A stretch of 52,570 nt of DNA from Pseudomonadota bacterium (GCA_022545455.1 JACZQZ010000003.1:1-52570); one strand, 5' to 3'. Numbered from the stretch's first letter, positions 1-9,235 are shown. Numbers and translations are program-made. Notes: generated by a model not told the origin, from the letters alone.

Positions 1-82
1 GCCATCGCCGGCGCCTCCCCTCCTGCCGAGGAAACGGGAAATGCGATCGTATGGGTGCACTTTAGCTGATGCAGGCCACTGT
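1..82 (+). repeat. Partial (right end) copy of the 270-bp four-way-junction intergenic element
   Basis: Nearly identical to 19759-19840 (gccatcgcc..cctcccctcctgccgaggaaacgggaaa.gcgatcgta.gggtgcactttagctgat.caggccact); truncated by the window start. Confidence 0.9.
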
Positions 83-197
83 GCCCCTTCCGCCCCTTAC
101 CGTTGCCTGGCGGCGGCCAAGGGACTAGCCTTTACCGTCCCCAGCCGACGCGGGAACCGGAAGGCGGCGGGAAGCCTTTGAACACGGGAGGTACACC

Positions 198-611
198 ATG
201 GCGAAAGTTTCCTTGAACACCAGGCTCGGCGTTTCCGCCGACGAGGCCTGGAAGCTGATCGGCGGCTTCAACGCGCTGCCCGACTGGCACCCGGCGGTGG
301 AGAAAAGCGAACTGGAGAAGGAAGGCCAGGAGCGCATCCTCACCCTCGTCGGCGGCGCCAAGATCGTCGAACGGCTGGAACGGAGCGACGACGCCGAGCG
401 CGTCTATTCCTATTCCATCCTCAACAGCCCCCTGCCCGTCGCCAACTACAAGGCCACCATCCGCGTCCGGGACGCCGAAGGCGGCGCCTGCGATGTGGAG
501 TGGTCGAGCGAGTTCGATGCCGCCGGCGCCCCCGAAGCGGACGCGGTGAAGGTCATCGAGGGCATCTTCCAGGGCGGCCTGGACAACCTGAAAAAGATGT
601 TCGGCGGCTGA
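198..611 (+). CDS. SRPBCC (polyketide cyclase/MxaD-like) family protein
   Basis: 137 aa ORF, GGAGG RBS, W..IGGFNALPDWHP and YSYSI..SPLPVANY motifs typical of SRPBCC. Confidence 0.85.
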   Translation: MAKVSLNTRLGVSADEAWKLIGGFNALPDWHPAVEKSELEKEGQERILTLVGGAKIVERLERSDDAERVYSYSILNSPLPVANYKATIRVRDAEGGACDVEWSSEFDAAGAPEADAVKVIEGIFQGGLDNLKKMFGG

Positions 612-647
612 GGCCCCCGCGCCGTCGCGGCGGCGGGATGGCGGCGT

Positions 648-908
648 TGGTTTCGGAAATATTCGCGATCGCGCGGAGTATGCTTGCCCCCCTCCGCGTC
701 CATTGCGTTTGAGTTTTTCAACGCGGAGGACGCCGAGGCACGCCGAGGTACGCTGAGAACCCTGAAAGCGAATTTCGAAATTCCGCGCCATGGCAGACGG
801 ATATGCATCTGGCCGCTGGTTTCGGAAATATCCGCGATCGCCCTTAGCACCTTTGCGTCCCTCTGCGTCCTCTGCGTTTAAACTCTATCAACGCCGGGGC
901 ACGCGGGG
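648..908. repeat. REP-like palindromic repeat cluster built from 9-nt ACGC(A/C/G)GAGG units
   Basis: 720-757 aacgcggaggacgccgaggcacgccgaggtacgctgag is an imperfect inverted repeat of 843-878; tggtttcggaaatatycgcgatcgc is directly repeated at 648 and 817. Confidence 0.75.
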
Positions 909-973
909 AATTTTGTCAACGGTGCGCGTTTCATCCCGTCTTCGCCGGTCTCCGCCGTTTCCGTCCTTTCGCC

Positions 974-1366
974 TCACGCGGGTTCGGCGTTGGCCTCGAT
1001 CCACCGGGCGAGGCCGGTCTCCTCGACCTCGCCCGCGGCCAGGCCCAGAATGATCTGGGCTTCGTCGTCCGGCGCGGGGCGGAAACGATACCCGTTGAGT
1101 GCCAGAAACGCCTGTAGACACAGCAATCCGGTCCGCTTGTTGCCATCGGCGAAGGGATGATTGCGGACGATCCCCGTACAATAAGCGGCGGCCAGCCGGA
1201 ATATGCCGGCGTCGCCTTCATATGCATACCGGTCACGGGCCTTGGCGAGGGCGCTTTCCAGCAGCCCCGGATCCCGGAGGCCTTGCGCGCCACCGAACAC
1301 GGCCAACTGTTCGTCGTGAATGGCCAGCACCATCCGCATGGTGAGCCACTTCGGCTCGGCGGTCAC
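974..1366 (-). CDS. doc: Death-on-curing (Doc/Fic) family toxin
   Basis: HPFADGNKRTG Doc-type Fic motif, GLRDPGLLESAL N-terminal motif; overlaps the upstream antitoxin stop. Confidence 0.92.
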   Translation of the reverse strand: MTAEPKWLTMRMVLAIHDEQLAVFGGAQGLRDPGLLESALAKARDRYAYEGDAGIFRLAAAYCTGIVRNHPFADGNKRTGLLCLQAFLALNGYRFRPAPDDEAQIILGLAAGEVEETGLARWIEANAEPA

Positions 1367-1590
1367 TTAGCCAGTTCTTTGAGCGCGTCGCGATGGTCGC
1401 GCATGTATTCCCGCGTCGCCTCCATGACCTTCGCGAAGTCCGGATCATAGGGCGTCAGCCGGAGACCGTCGGGCGTGCGCACGATGAAAAGCTTGTCGCC
1501 CTCCACCACGCCGAGCTTGTCCAGTTCGGCCTTGGGCAGAATCACCCCGTAGGAATTCCCGATCCTGCGGACCGTAACGTTGTCAGCCAA
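1363..1590 (-). CDS. AbrB/MazE-family antitoxin
   Basis: VRRIGNSYGVILPK..L...EGD.L swapped-hairpin motif; probable TTG start at 1590, 5 nt after GGAGG (ORF track starts at 1608). Confidence 0.88.
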   Translation of the reverse strand: MADNVTVRRIGNSYGVILPKAELDKLGVVEGDKLFIVRTPDGLRLTPYDPDFAKVMEATREYMRDHRDALKELAK

Positions 1591-1613
1591 CACGACCTCC
1601 AAAGCCAAAAGAC

Positions 1614-1652
1614 ATTATAACATATATTATAACATTGGCGGGATTTCGTCAA
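1614..1652 (-). promoter_or_regulatory. Sigma70-like promoter with duplicated TGTTATAAT boxes (probable TA operator)
   Basis: Minus strand TTGACG (1652-1647) followed by two TGTTATAAT copies (1634-1626, 1622-1614) in an AT-rich patch. Confidence 0.6.
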
Positions 1653-1711
1653 CGCCTGCGGCGGCCGGGGGCGGCGGTCCTCTCGTCCCTTTCGCCGCCG
1701 GGCGGCGGCCC

Positions 1712-2926
1712 CTACCCCACCGCACGCTTCAGGTTCTCGTCCAGCTTGTCGAGGAACTGCTGGGTGGTCAGCCACGGCTGGTCGGGGCCGATCAGGATCG
1801 CCAGGTCCTTGGTCATGAAGCCCGATTCGACGGTTTCCACGCACACCTTCTCCAGGGTCTCGGCGAAGGCCTGCACGTCGGCCGTGCCGTCGAACTTGCC
1901 CCGGTAGAAGAGCCCCCGCGTCCACGCGAAGATGGAGGCGATGGGGTTGGTCGAGGTCTCCTTGCCCTGCTGATGGAGCCGGTAATGGCGCGTCACCGTG
2001 CCGTGGGCGGCTTCCGCCTCCACCGTGTTCCCGTCCGGCGTCATCAGCACGGACGTCATCAGCCCCAGCGAGCCGAACCCCTGGGCGACGATGTCCGACT
2101 GCACGTCCCCGTCGTAGTTCTTGCACGCCCACACATAGCCGCCGCTCCACTTCATCGCCGCCGCCACCATGTCGTCGATCAGGCGGTGCTCGTAGGTGAT
2201 CTGCTTCTCGGCGAACCTGTCCTTGAAATCGGCCTCGAAGACCTCGGCGAACAGGTCCTTGAAGCGCCCGTCATAGGCCTTCAGGATGGTGTTCTTGGTC
2301 GACAGGTACAGCGGCCAGCCCAGGTCCAGCGCATAATTGAAACACGACCGTGCGAAGCCCCGGATGCTGTCGTCCAGATTGTACATGGCCACGGCGACGC
2401 CGCCGCCGGGAAAGTCGTAGACCTCGCGCTCGACGGGGTCGCCGCCGTCGGCCGGCGTGTAGGTGATCGTCAGCTTGCCCGGGCCCGGAACCACGAAGTC
2501 GGTGGCCCGGTACTGGTCGCCGAAGGCGTGGCGGCCGATGACGATGGGCTTGGTCCATCCCGGCACCAGACGGGGCACGTTCCTGCACACGATGGGCTCG
2601 CGGAAGATGGTGCCGCCGACGATGTTGCGGATGGTGCCGTTGGGCGAGCGCCACATCTGCTTGAGGCCGAATTCCTTCACCCGCGCCTCGTCGGGCGTGA
2701 TGGTGGCGCACTTGACGCCGACGCCGTAGGTCTTGATCGCCTCCGCCGCGTCGATGGTGATCCGGTCCTCGGTCTCGTCCCGCTTTTCGATGCCGAGGTC
2801 GTAGTACTTCAGGTCCACCTCCAGATACGGCACGATCAGCTTGTCCTTGATGAAGGCCCAGATGATTCGCGTCATTTCGTCGCCGTCCAGCTCGACGATG
2901 GGGTTCAGGACCTTGATTTTCGTCAT
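1712..2926 (-). CDS. icd: NADP-dependent isocitrate dehydrogenase
   Basis: [51 protein letters not shown] motifs. Confidence 0.98.
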   Translation of the reverse strand: MTKIKVLNPIVELDGDEMTRIIWAFIKDKLIVPYLEVDLKYYDLGIEKRDETEDRITIDAAEAIKTYGVGVKCATITPDEARVKEFGLKQMWRSPNGTIRNIVGGTIFREPIVCRNVPRLVPGWTKPIVIGRHAFGDQYRATDFVVPGPGKLTITYTPADGGDPVEREVYDFPGGGVAVAMYNLDDSIRGFARSCFNYALDLGWPLYLSTKNTILKAYDGRFKDLFAEVFEADFKDRFAEKQITYEHRLIDDMVAAAMKWSGGYVWACKNYDGDVQSDIVAQGFGSLGLMTSVLMTPDGNTVEAEAAHGTVTRHYRLHQQGKETSTNPIASIFAWTRGLFYRGKFDGTADVQAFAETLEKVCVETVESGFMTKDLAILIGPDQPWLTTQQFLDKLDENLKRAVG

Positions 2927-2981
2927 GGGCGGTTCTCCCGGAAAAAATCCAATAAAAACAATAAGTACGCAGGCTCGCCCG

Positions 2982-3566
2982 TCACAGGTGGCTGGTCAGC
3001 ACTACCTCCCGGGGCTCGGGCGCGTCCTCCAGGGCGGTGAACACGTCGTCCACGCCGTCGACCACCGTGAACAGCTCGGCGATGGCCGGATGGGCGAAGC
3101 CGCCGGCGACGATGCCCTGCATCAGCGCCTTGAACGGCCCCCAGTAGCCGCCCACGTCGACCATCACGATGGGCTTGGCGTGCAGTTGAAGCTGCTTCCA
3201 GGTGGTGATCTCGAGGGTCTCGTCCAGGGTGCCCAGGCCGCCGGGCAGAACCACGAAGCCGTCGGACATCTCGAACATGCGGCGTTTGCGCTCATGCATG
3301 CTGCCGACGACGATCAGCTCGGTCACGTCCGGGTTCTCCACCTCGTATTGCATGAGAAAGTCGGGGATGACGCCGATCACTTCTCCGCCACCCTCGAGCA
3401 CGGCTTCGGCGAGGATCCCCATCAGGCCGATACGCCCGCCGCCGTAGACCAGGCGCACGCCGCGCCCGACCATGAGGACCCCCAGCCTTCGCGCCGCCTC
3501 CGTGTACGCCGGGTCGTCGCCCACCTTGGAGCCGCAAAAGACGCAGATGGAGGTGATGGTGGTCAT
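2982..3566 (-). CDS. LOG family nucleotide monophosphate phosphoribohydrolase (TIGR00730)
   Basis: [31 protein letters not shown] motifs; ATG at 3566 preferred. Confidence 0.93.
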   Translation of the reverse strand: MTTITSICVFCGSKVGDDPAYTEAARRLGVLMVGRGVRLVYGGGRIGLMGILAEAVLEGGGEVIGVIPDFLMQYEVENPDVTELIVVGSMHERKRRMFEMSDGFVVLPGGLGTLDETLEITTWKQLQLHAKPIVMVDVGGYWGPFKALMQGIVAGGFAHPAIAELFTVVDGVDDVFTALEDAPEPREVVLTSHL

Positions 3567-3611
3567 GGTGCTCTTTCCGCCGCTCCGGGCCCGGGGACCA
3601 TCCCGGGGACC

Positions 3612-3848
3612 ATAATACCAAGGAGCGCTGATCATGATGCATAGAGATCGCGTAGGCGGCTCGTCGGGCAGGAGGAAAGGTGCAGGCGATGCGGCGCATC
3701 GTCAAAACTTTTCGACGCCCTCCGACGGGCCGCATACGCGACCGGAACGGCGGCTTACCAAGGTTTTCGGACGGCGTCGCGCACGCTCCTAGCCGAAAAC
3801 CTTGGTAAGCAGTCTCTATGGGTCATGATCAGCGTTCCTTGGTATTGG
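3612..3848 (-). repeat. Four-way-junction element, 237-bp copy with shortened arm 1
   Basis: 36-bp imperfect TIRs ataataccaaggagcgctgatcatgatgcatagaga / tctctatgggtcatgatcagcgttccttggtattgg; internal gggcagg and ctcctagccg motifs as in other copies. Confidence 0.88.
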
Positions 3849-4042
3849 AGTATCCGCTCCTGCGGTTGCGTTCACCGAATTGTTACCGTGCGCGGGGCGT
3901 TGGAGTTGCTTTTCCCGACGCCGGCCCTTTTAATTCATGGCAACGGCGCCCTGCCATTGCGAGAGCAAGGAATTAGGACCGGCCCGGCGGTTTTCCGATC
4001 TGGGCGGTTCGCCAACCAACCGATGAACACGGGGAGAGTACC

Positions 4043-4513
4043 ATGCGAATCACATCCATAGTGGCCGTCGTGTTGACCCTGGGATTGATCTCGACGGCCA
4101 TGGCCGCGGGCTCGACCAGTTCTTCGAGCCGGCCCGCCGCCAAGCCAAGCACGTATCAGCAAGGGGTGTCGGCCGTGAAGGCCGGCGACTACGGGCGCGC
4201 CCTCGGCCTGTTGCAGAAGGTGGTCCGGGCCAACCCGCGCAACGCCGACGCCTGGAACTACATCGGCTTCAGCCACCGTAACCTGAAGCAGTTGGACCAG
4301 GCCCTGGCCGCCTACACCAAGGCGCTGGCCATCGATCCCGAGCATCGCGGCGCCAACGAGTATCTGGGCGAGCTTTACCTGCAGACGGGCGACCTGGAAA
4401 AGGCCCGGGCACGCCTGAAAACCCTGGACTCCGCGTGCATCTTCGGCTGCGAGGAGTACGACGACCTCAAGCAGGCGATCAAGAAGTACGAGGCGGCTCG
4501 CAAGAGCGGTTGA
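4043..4513 (+). CDS. Exported tetratricopeptide-repeat protein
   Basis: Signal peptide, ADAWNYIG..A...Y.KAL.IDP.H.GANEYLGELY TPR pattern, C-terminal C..GCEEY. Confidence 0.85.
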   Translation: MRITSIVAVVLTLGLISTAMAAGSTSSSSRPAAKPSTYQQGVSAVKAGDYGRALGLLQKVVRANPRNADAWNYIGFSHRNLKQLDQALAAYTKALAIDPEHRGANEYLGELYLQTGDLEKARARLKTLDSACIFGCEEYDDLKQAIKKYEAARKSG

Positions 4514-4631
4514 GCGACCCCCGCCGCCCCTGCCCGTGGTGCCCGCGTTTGATCGGCCGGGATGGGATGGCCGGCGGCGCCGTCGCCTGTTTGCCGCGGC
4601 GGCGCCATCGTCGGCGGTTTGAGTCATCGCC

Positions 4632-5312
4632 ATGATGCTTCCTATGTCCCTGCTTGGCGATTACTGGGCGTCCGTGGCGGCGTTCGCCGTGTTCGGTCTG
4701 CTCCACTCCGTCGGCGCCCAGGAGCCATGCAAGAACGCGCTGGCCCGCTGGACCAGTCCGTTCCTTGTCGAACACTTCTGGCGCGTGCTCTATTGCGGCC
4801 TCAGTTACGCCGCCCTGTACTGGGCCGTCGCCGCCCTGCACTGGGCCCGAAACCTGGACAACGACGTCTGGCTCGTCGTCTATCCGGAATGGCTGTGGCA
4901 GATCGTCACCGCCGTGCACCTGGGTTCCATAGCCTTGCTGTATGCGGCCTTCCTGCAAAGCGATTACCTGGAGTTCCTCGGCCTCACCCAGGCGAAGCGG
5001 GGGATCCTCAAGCTGCTCGGCAGGCCGGTCCGCCAAGCGGACCTCCGGTTGTTCGGAACCCATCGCCTGGTGACGGGCGGCCTGTACGGATGGGTGCGCC
5101 ACCCGATGCTGGCCGCCGGGCTCCTGTTTCTGCTGACCAGCGGGCCGTCGCTCAACAACCTCGTCTATACCGCCATGTATGCGGCCTACATGGTGATCGG
5201 CGGCTATTACGAGGAACGGCGCATGATCAGGATATTCGGACAGGAATACCTCCGCTACCGGCGCCGGGTGGGGGCGTTTTTCCCGCGGTTTCGCCTGGCG
5301 ACGGCGAGGTGA
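4632..5312 (+). CDS. Membrane methyltransferase, ICMT/nurim/MddA-like family
   Basis: Multiple TM segments, F...HS, FLGL.Q, GLY.WVRHPM, EERR....FG..Y..YR..V motifs. Confidence 0.75.
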   Translation: MMLPMSLLGDYWASVAAFAVFGLLHSVGAQEPCKNALARWTSPFLVEHFWRVLYCGLSYAALYWAVAALHWARNLDNDVWLVVYPEWLWQIVTAVHLGSIALLYAAFLQSDYLEFLGLTQAKRGILKLLGRPVRQADLRLFGTHRLVTGGLYGWVRHPMLAAGLLFLLTSGPSLNNLVYTAMYAAYMVIGGYYEERRMIRIFGQEYLRYRRRVGAFFPRFRLATAR

Positions 5313-5315
5313 CCG

Positions 5316-5438
5316 ATGTTGGAAAGGCTGTCGGAATTCTTTTACGATCCCGTGGTGTTCTGGAGTGTCCCCTTGGCGCTGGTTGCGCTCAGGGCCGGCA
5401 TCCGCCGGGTGCGGGCATGGGTTCGCCGGGGCCGCTGA
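5316..5438 (+). CDS. Putative 40-aa single-TM small protein (not in ORF track)
   Basis: ATG 5316 after GAGGTG overlapping the upstream stop; MLERLSEFFYDPVVFWSVPLALVALRAGIRRVRAWVRRGR*. Confidence 0.5.
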   Translation: MLERLSEFFYDPVVFWSVPLALVALRAGIRRVRAWVRRGR

Positions 5439-5534
5439 GGGCGGTGCGGCGCGTCGGCGTTGCGCCGCCCCGTTGGCCGTATTAATGTCGTCCGAAGCAC
5501 GTTTTGGCAAATTCGTTGCACGGTGCATTCCAAG

Positions 5535-6674
5535 GTGAACAGGTCGCTGCTGTTAATCACCGTTGGCGTCGGCGTCGTCGTTCTCGCCATCGGACTGAAC
5601 TACGTTCTTTGGCAGGAGGAGGTGACGGAGGTCGCCCCCCCGGCCGAACAGGTGGTGGCTGGGGACACCGGGCGGACGACGCCCCCCGTTGCGGGCAAGC
5701 CGAAAAAAGAGGTGTCGGACTCCCTCAGGTTCGACGTGGTGCGCGTCACCCCGGAGGGGGAAGCCGTCATGGCGGGACGGGCCAAACCGGGCAGCACCGT
5801 CACCATTCTCGATAAAGACAAGTCCCTCGGCGAGGTCACCGCCGATGAGCGCGGCGAATGGGTGTTCGTGCCGGAGAAACCGCTGGCGTCCGGCAGCCGC
5901 CAGTTGGGCCTGGAGATACGCAAGAAGAGCGGCGAAACCGTGCAATCGGAATCGGTGGTCGTGCTGGTGGTGCCGGAAAAGGGCAAGGACATCGCCGGAC
6001 GTCCCACGGAGAAGCCGTCTCAGCCGCTGGCCCTGATGGTTCCCCGCAAGGGGACGGGTCCCAGCACGGTCCTGCAGAAACCGGCGATCGGGGCGCCGGA
6101 ACCGGCGGCCGGACCGACCAGGTTCGCGGCCGTGGCGCCGACCCCCGGGGGCGTGCCGCCCGCGCCCGGGGCCGCGCCGGGGGGATCCGTGGCCGCGCCG
6201 CCGAAACCCTCGGGCGGGGGCATGGGTTTCAGGCTCAGCGTCGATACGGTGGATTACGACGACGCCGGGCGTTTAAGCCTCAGCGGCCGCGCCCCGCCCG
6301 GCGCCCTGGTGCAGCTTTATCTGAACAACCGTTTCATCGGGCGCACCAGGGCCGGCAGCGACGGTATCTGGCGCTTAAGCCCCGACAGAACCGTCGTGCC
6401 CGGGCTTTATACCCTGCGTGTCGATCACGTGGACGCGAACGGCAAGGTCCTGGCGCGCCTGGCCTTTCCGTTCGCCCGCGCCGAGCCATTGACGGGGATT
6501 CGCCCGGGTACGGTGGTCGTCGTCCAGCCGGGCAACAGTCTGTGGCGTCTGGCGCGGCGCGCATACGGCGCCGGCATGCAGTACACGATGATCTTCGAGG
6601 CCAACAGGGACCAGATCCGCGATCCGGATTTGATCTATCCCGGACAGGTCTTCACCCTGCCCGTCACCAACTGA
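5535..6674 (+). CDS. Membrane-anchored LysM peptidoglycan-binding protein with two Ig-like domains
   Basis: N-terminal TM, FDVVRV...G..V.AGRA.PG repeat domain, C-terminal VQPGNSLWRLA...YG.G..Y..IFEANRDQIRDPDLIYPGQ. Confidence 0.9.
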   Translation: MNRSLLLITVGVGVVVLAIGLNYVLWQEEVTEVAPPAEQVVAGDTGRTTPPVAGKPKKEVSDSLRFDVVRVTPEGEAVMAGRAKPGSTVTILDKDKSLGEVTADERGEWVFVPEKPLASGSRQLGLEIRKKSGETVQSESVVVLVVPEKGKDIAGRPTEKPSQPLALMVPRKGTGPSTVLQKPAIGAPEPAAGPTRFAAVAPTPGGVPPAPGAAPGGSVAAPPKPSGGGMGFRLSVDTVDYDDAGRLSLSGRAPPGALVQLYLNNRFIGRTRAGSDGIWRLSPDRTVVPGLYTLRVDHVDANGKVLARLAFPFARAEPLTGIRPGTVVVVQPGNSLWRLARRAYGAGMQYTMIFEANRDQIRDPDLIYPGQVFTLPVTN

Positions 6675-6676
6675 TA

Positions 6677-7189
6677 TCAAATTTCCTGTACATCGGCATG
6701 ACCGGCCGCCACGGGCGGTTCGACGACCTGGGCCAGCAGCTCGAGGAACGGTTGCGCCTCCAGGAGCAGGCGCGCGGTGCTCGACATCAGGACCACCGGC
6801 GTCAGGGGTTCCTCGAAACGCATTTCCTCGAACAGCAGGATCCGCTGCTCGCGCGTCGTCTGAACCCGCCCGCCGAGGGCCCGGCCGGCGGCGGCGACAA
6901 TGGCCAGCGCGTCGGCCCTCTTGCCCAACGATTCGGCGGAATAGGGCAGATTCCCCAGATGGGCGTGGAATCGCATGCGCCCGCTGTGGTCACTGGATTC
7001 CGTGCGCACGGCGAACAAAAAGCCCCGGTATTCGAAGGTGAACTCCAGCCGCGTGCTGTCCGACTTGCGCGTCAGACGGCCCTGGCCGTCCACGGCCAGG
7101 GAGCGCACCCCGATGCGGGGGCGGCGCCCGTCGACGAATCTTACCAAGTCCGTCGCCGGGCGGGCCGGGCTGTTATCCTCCATCGCCAT
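6677..7189 (-). CDS. Hypothetical protein
   Basis: 170 aa ORF with plausible codon usage filling the gap between LysM and psd; no family recognised. Confidence 0.6.
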   Translation of the reverse strand: MAMEDNSPARPATDLVRFVDGRRPRIGVRSLAVDGQGRLTRKSDSTRLEFTFEYRGFLFAVRTESSDHSGRMRFHAHLGNLPYSAESLGKRADALAIVAAAGRALGGRVQTTREQRILLFEEMRFEEPLTPVVLMSSTARLLLEAQPFLELLAQVVEPPVAAGHADVQEI

Positions 7190-7446
7190 GCAGTTTCCCT
7201 CGAAACCAACCGCTTCGCGTCCCTAAGGAACATGGGGCCTGCGCAGGGCCGCCGGCAAGGCCCCCGAAGGGATAGTCCGGCCGGGCCACCCGAACCGGCG
7301 CCGCCGGCCGCAGGGGGACAAATACCGGATAGGCGCACGCAAGGCTTAACGTCGCCCCCCGCCGATAGTAGAATGGCCCCGTCGGGCATTTCGAATTACC
7401 GTTTACATATCCTCGATCGTGATAAGGGCCGCATAAAGGCTGCATC

Positions 7447-8133
7447 TTGCTGAAAATCGTCTTCGTACGCATCAACCGTGCCGGCTGGCCGTTCATCGGA
7501 CTCTTCGCCGCCGCTTCCGTGGGCCTGGCGTACGTTGCCCCGGCGGCGGGGTGGATCGGCGCCCTCCTGACCGCCTGGTGCATATATTTCTTCCGCGATC
7601 CCGACCGGGTGACGCCGACCCGCCAGGGGCTGATCGTCAGCCCCGCCGATGGCGTCGTGCAACTGATCGACCAGGCGCCGCCGCCCTCGGAGCTGGGGAT
7701 GGGAGATCAGCCCCGCACGCGGATCGCCATCTTCATGAGCGCGTTCGACGTCCATGTGAACCGCATCCCGTGTGACGGCGTCATCACCGGCCTGGCGTAC
7801 AGGCCGGGAAAGTTCTTCAACGCCTCGCTCGATAAATCCAGCGAGTTCAACGAGCGCCAAGCCGTGCGCCTGACGACCCCGGACGGCCACGACATCGCCT
7901 TCGTCCAGATTGCCGGCCTGATCGCCCGGCGCATCCAGTGCGAGCTCGCCAAAGGCCAGGAAGTGCGCGCCGGCATGCGTTTCGGCCTCATACGCTTTGG
8001 CAGCCGCGTCGACGTGTACCTGCCGGACGGCGTGGCGCCACTGGTCGCCCTCGGGCACAAAACGGTGAGCGGGGAAACCGTCATCGCCGATGTCCGCGCC
8101 CAGGAGCCGGCACGCGACGGCGAAGTCCGCTAA
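7447..8133 (+). CDS. psd: Phosphatidylserine decarboxylase
   Basis: YFFRDPDR, SPADG, IFMS.FDVHVNR, FGLIRFGSRVD self-cleavage motif. Confidence 0.96.
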   Translation: MLKIVFVRINRAGWPFIGLFAAASVGLAYVAPAAGWIGALLTAWCIYFFRDPDRVTPTRQGLIVSPADGVVQLIDQAPPPSELGMGDQPRTRIAIFMSAFDVHVNRIPCDGVITGLAYRPGKFFNASLDKSSEFNERQAVRLTTPDGHDIAFVQIAGLIARRIQCELAKGQEVRAGMRFGLIRFGSRVDVYLPDGVAPLVALGHKTVSGETVIADVRAQEPARDGEVR

Positions 8134-8399
8134 TGGTAAGAATCCAACATATGGTGCCCATAGGACGGCTTTCCGAGTTCGTCCGGCTAGGCGCGGGACG
8201 CGCGGTGATGCTGGCGCATCACACGCGTCGCGCAACGACGCCGGCGGGCTCGGAAAGCCGCCCTATGGGTCGCCTATCCCGCTTCCTCGGGGCGTCAAGC
8301 GCGCTTACCGATGCGACAGCATCGCCGCCGCACGCTTTCCTGCCGAGGAAACGGGATAGGCGATCCTATGGGTACCATATGTTGGATTCTTACCACTAG
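8130..8399 (+). repeat. 270-bp four-way-junction element between psd and pssA
   Basis: 36-bp TIRs ctaatggtaagaatccaacatatggtgcccatagga / tcctatgggtaccatatgttggattcttaccactag; arm 1, ccctatggg hairpin, arm 2. Confidence 0.92.
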
Positions 8400-8410
8400 G
8401 AGGCCGCCCC

Positions 8411-9235
8411 ATGCGCCGCCCGCGCCGCCCGCGCCGCCCGCGCCTTAAGGGGCTGCCGTTCAACCGGATGATCCCCAACATCCTCACCCTGCTGGCGTTG
8501 TGCGCCGGCATGAGCGCCATCCTGTTCGGTCTCCAGAACCGGTGGGAGCAAGCGGTGCTCGCCCTCCTCGTCGCCGCCATCCTCGACGGACTGGACGGAC
8601 GCGTCGCCCGCATCCTCAAGGGCACCAGCAAGTTCGGCGCCGAGCTGGACTCGCTCTCCGACTTCATTTGTTTCGGGGTGGCGCCGGCGCTGCTGCTGTA
8701 CATGTGGACCATGCAGGACCTGGGCCGGTTGGGCTGGGTGCTGGTGTTGTTGTTCAGCGTCTGCTGCGCCCTCAGGCTGGCCCGCTTCAACACCAACCTG
8801 GACGAGCCCGATTTGCCGCCCTGGGCCTACAACTTCTTCAGCGGCGTGCCGTCGCCGGCGGGGGCGGGGCTGGTCATCCTGCCGGTAATCCTGTCCTTGC
8901 AGTTCGGCGATGGGTTCCTTAGACGGCCACAGGTGGTGGCGGTTTTCCTGGTCGTCGTGTCGGCGCTGCTGGTCAGCCGCATCCCCACCTTCGCGCTCAA
9001 GAAGTTCAAGGTCCCCCACCCCTGGGTCCTGCCGACCATGTTGTTCGTCGGGCTGTTCGCCGCCATGCTGGTGGCCGCGCCGTGGCTGACCATGGCGGCC
9101 GCCATGATCGCCTATATGGTCTCCATCCCGTTCAGCGTGCGCGCCTTCCGCAGCCTCAGGCGCAAGGCGGAGGCCCTGCGACGCGGCGCCGAAGGCGACG
9201 CCACGGGCGCCGCCGACGGCCCGCCCGCCGACTGA
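8411..9235 (+). CDS. pssA: CDP-diacylglycerol--serine O-phosphatidyltransferase
   Basis: PNILT, DGLDGRVAR...SKFGAELDSLSD..FGVAP CDP-alcohol motif, LRLARFN; follows psd. Confidence 0.95.
   Translation: MRRPRRPRRPRLKGLPFNRMIPNILTLLALCAGMSAILFGLQNRWEQAVLALLVAAILDGLDGRVARILKGTSKFGAELDSLSDFICFGVAPALLLYMWTMQDLGRLGWVLVLLFSVCCALRLARFNTNLDEPDLPPWAYNFFSGVPSPAGAGLVILPVILSLQFGDGFLRRPQVVAVFLVVVSALLVSRIPTFALKKFKVPHPWVLPTMLFVGLFAAMLVAAPWLTMAAAMIAYMVSIPFSVRAFRSLRRKAEALRRGAEGDATGAADGPPAD

Noticed and set aside
8133-8399. Open frame spanning the 270-bp element (all complete element lengths are multiples of 3), suggesting a coding or RPE-like role
   Set aside because: The equivalent frame in the 19571 copy stops early (gtg gcc ttt atc agc taa), no peptide is conserved among copies, and all copies are intergenic
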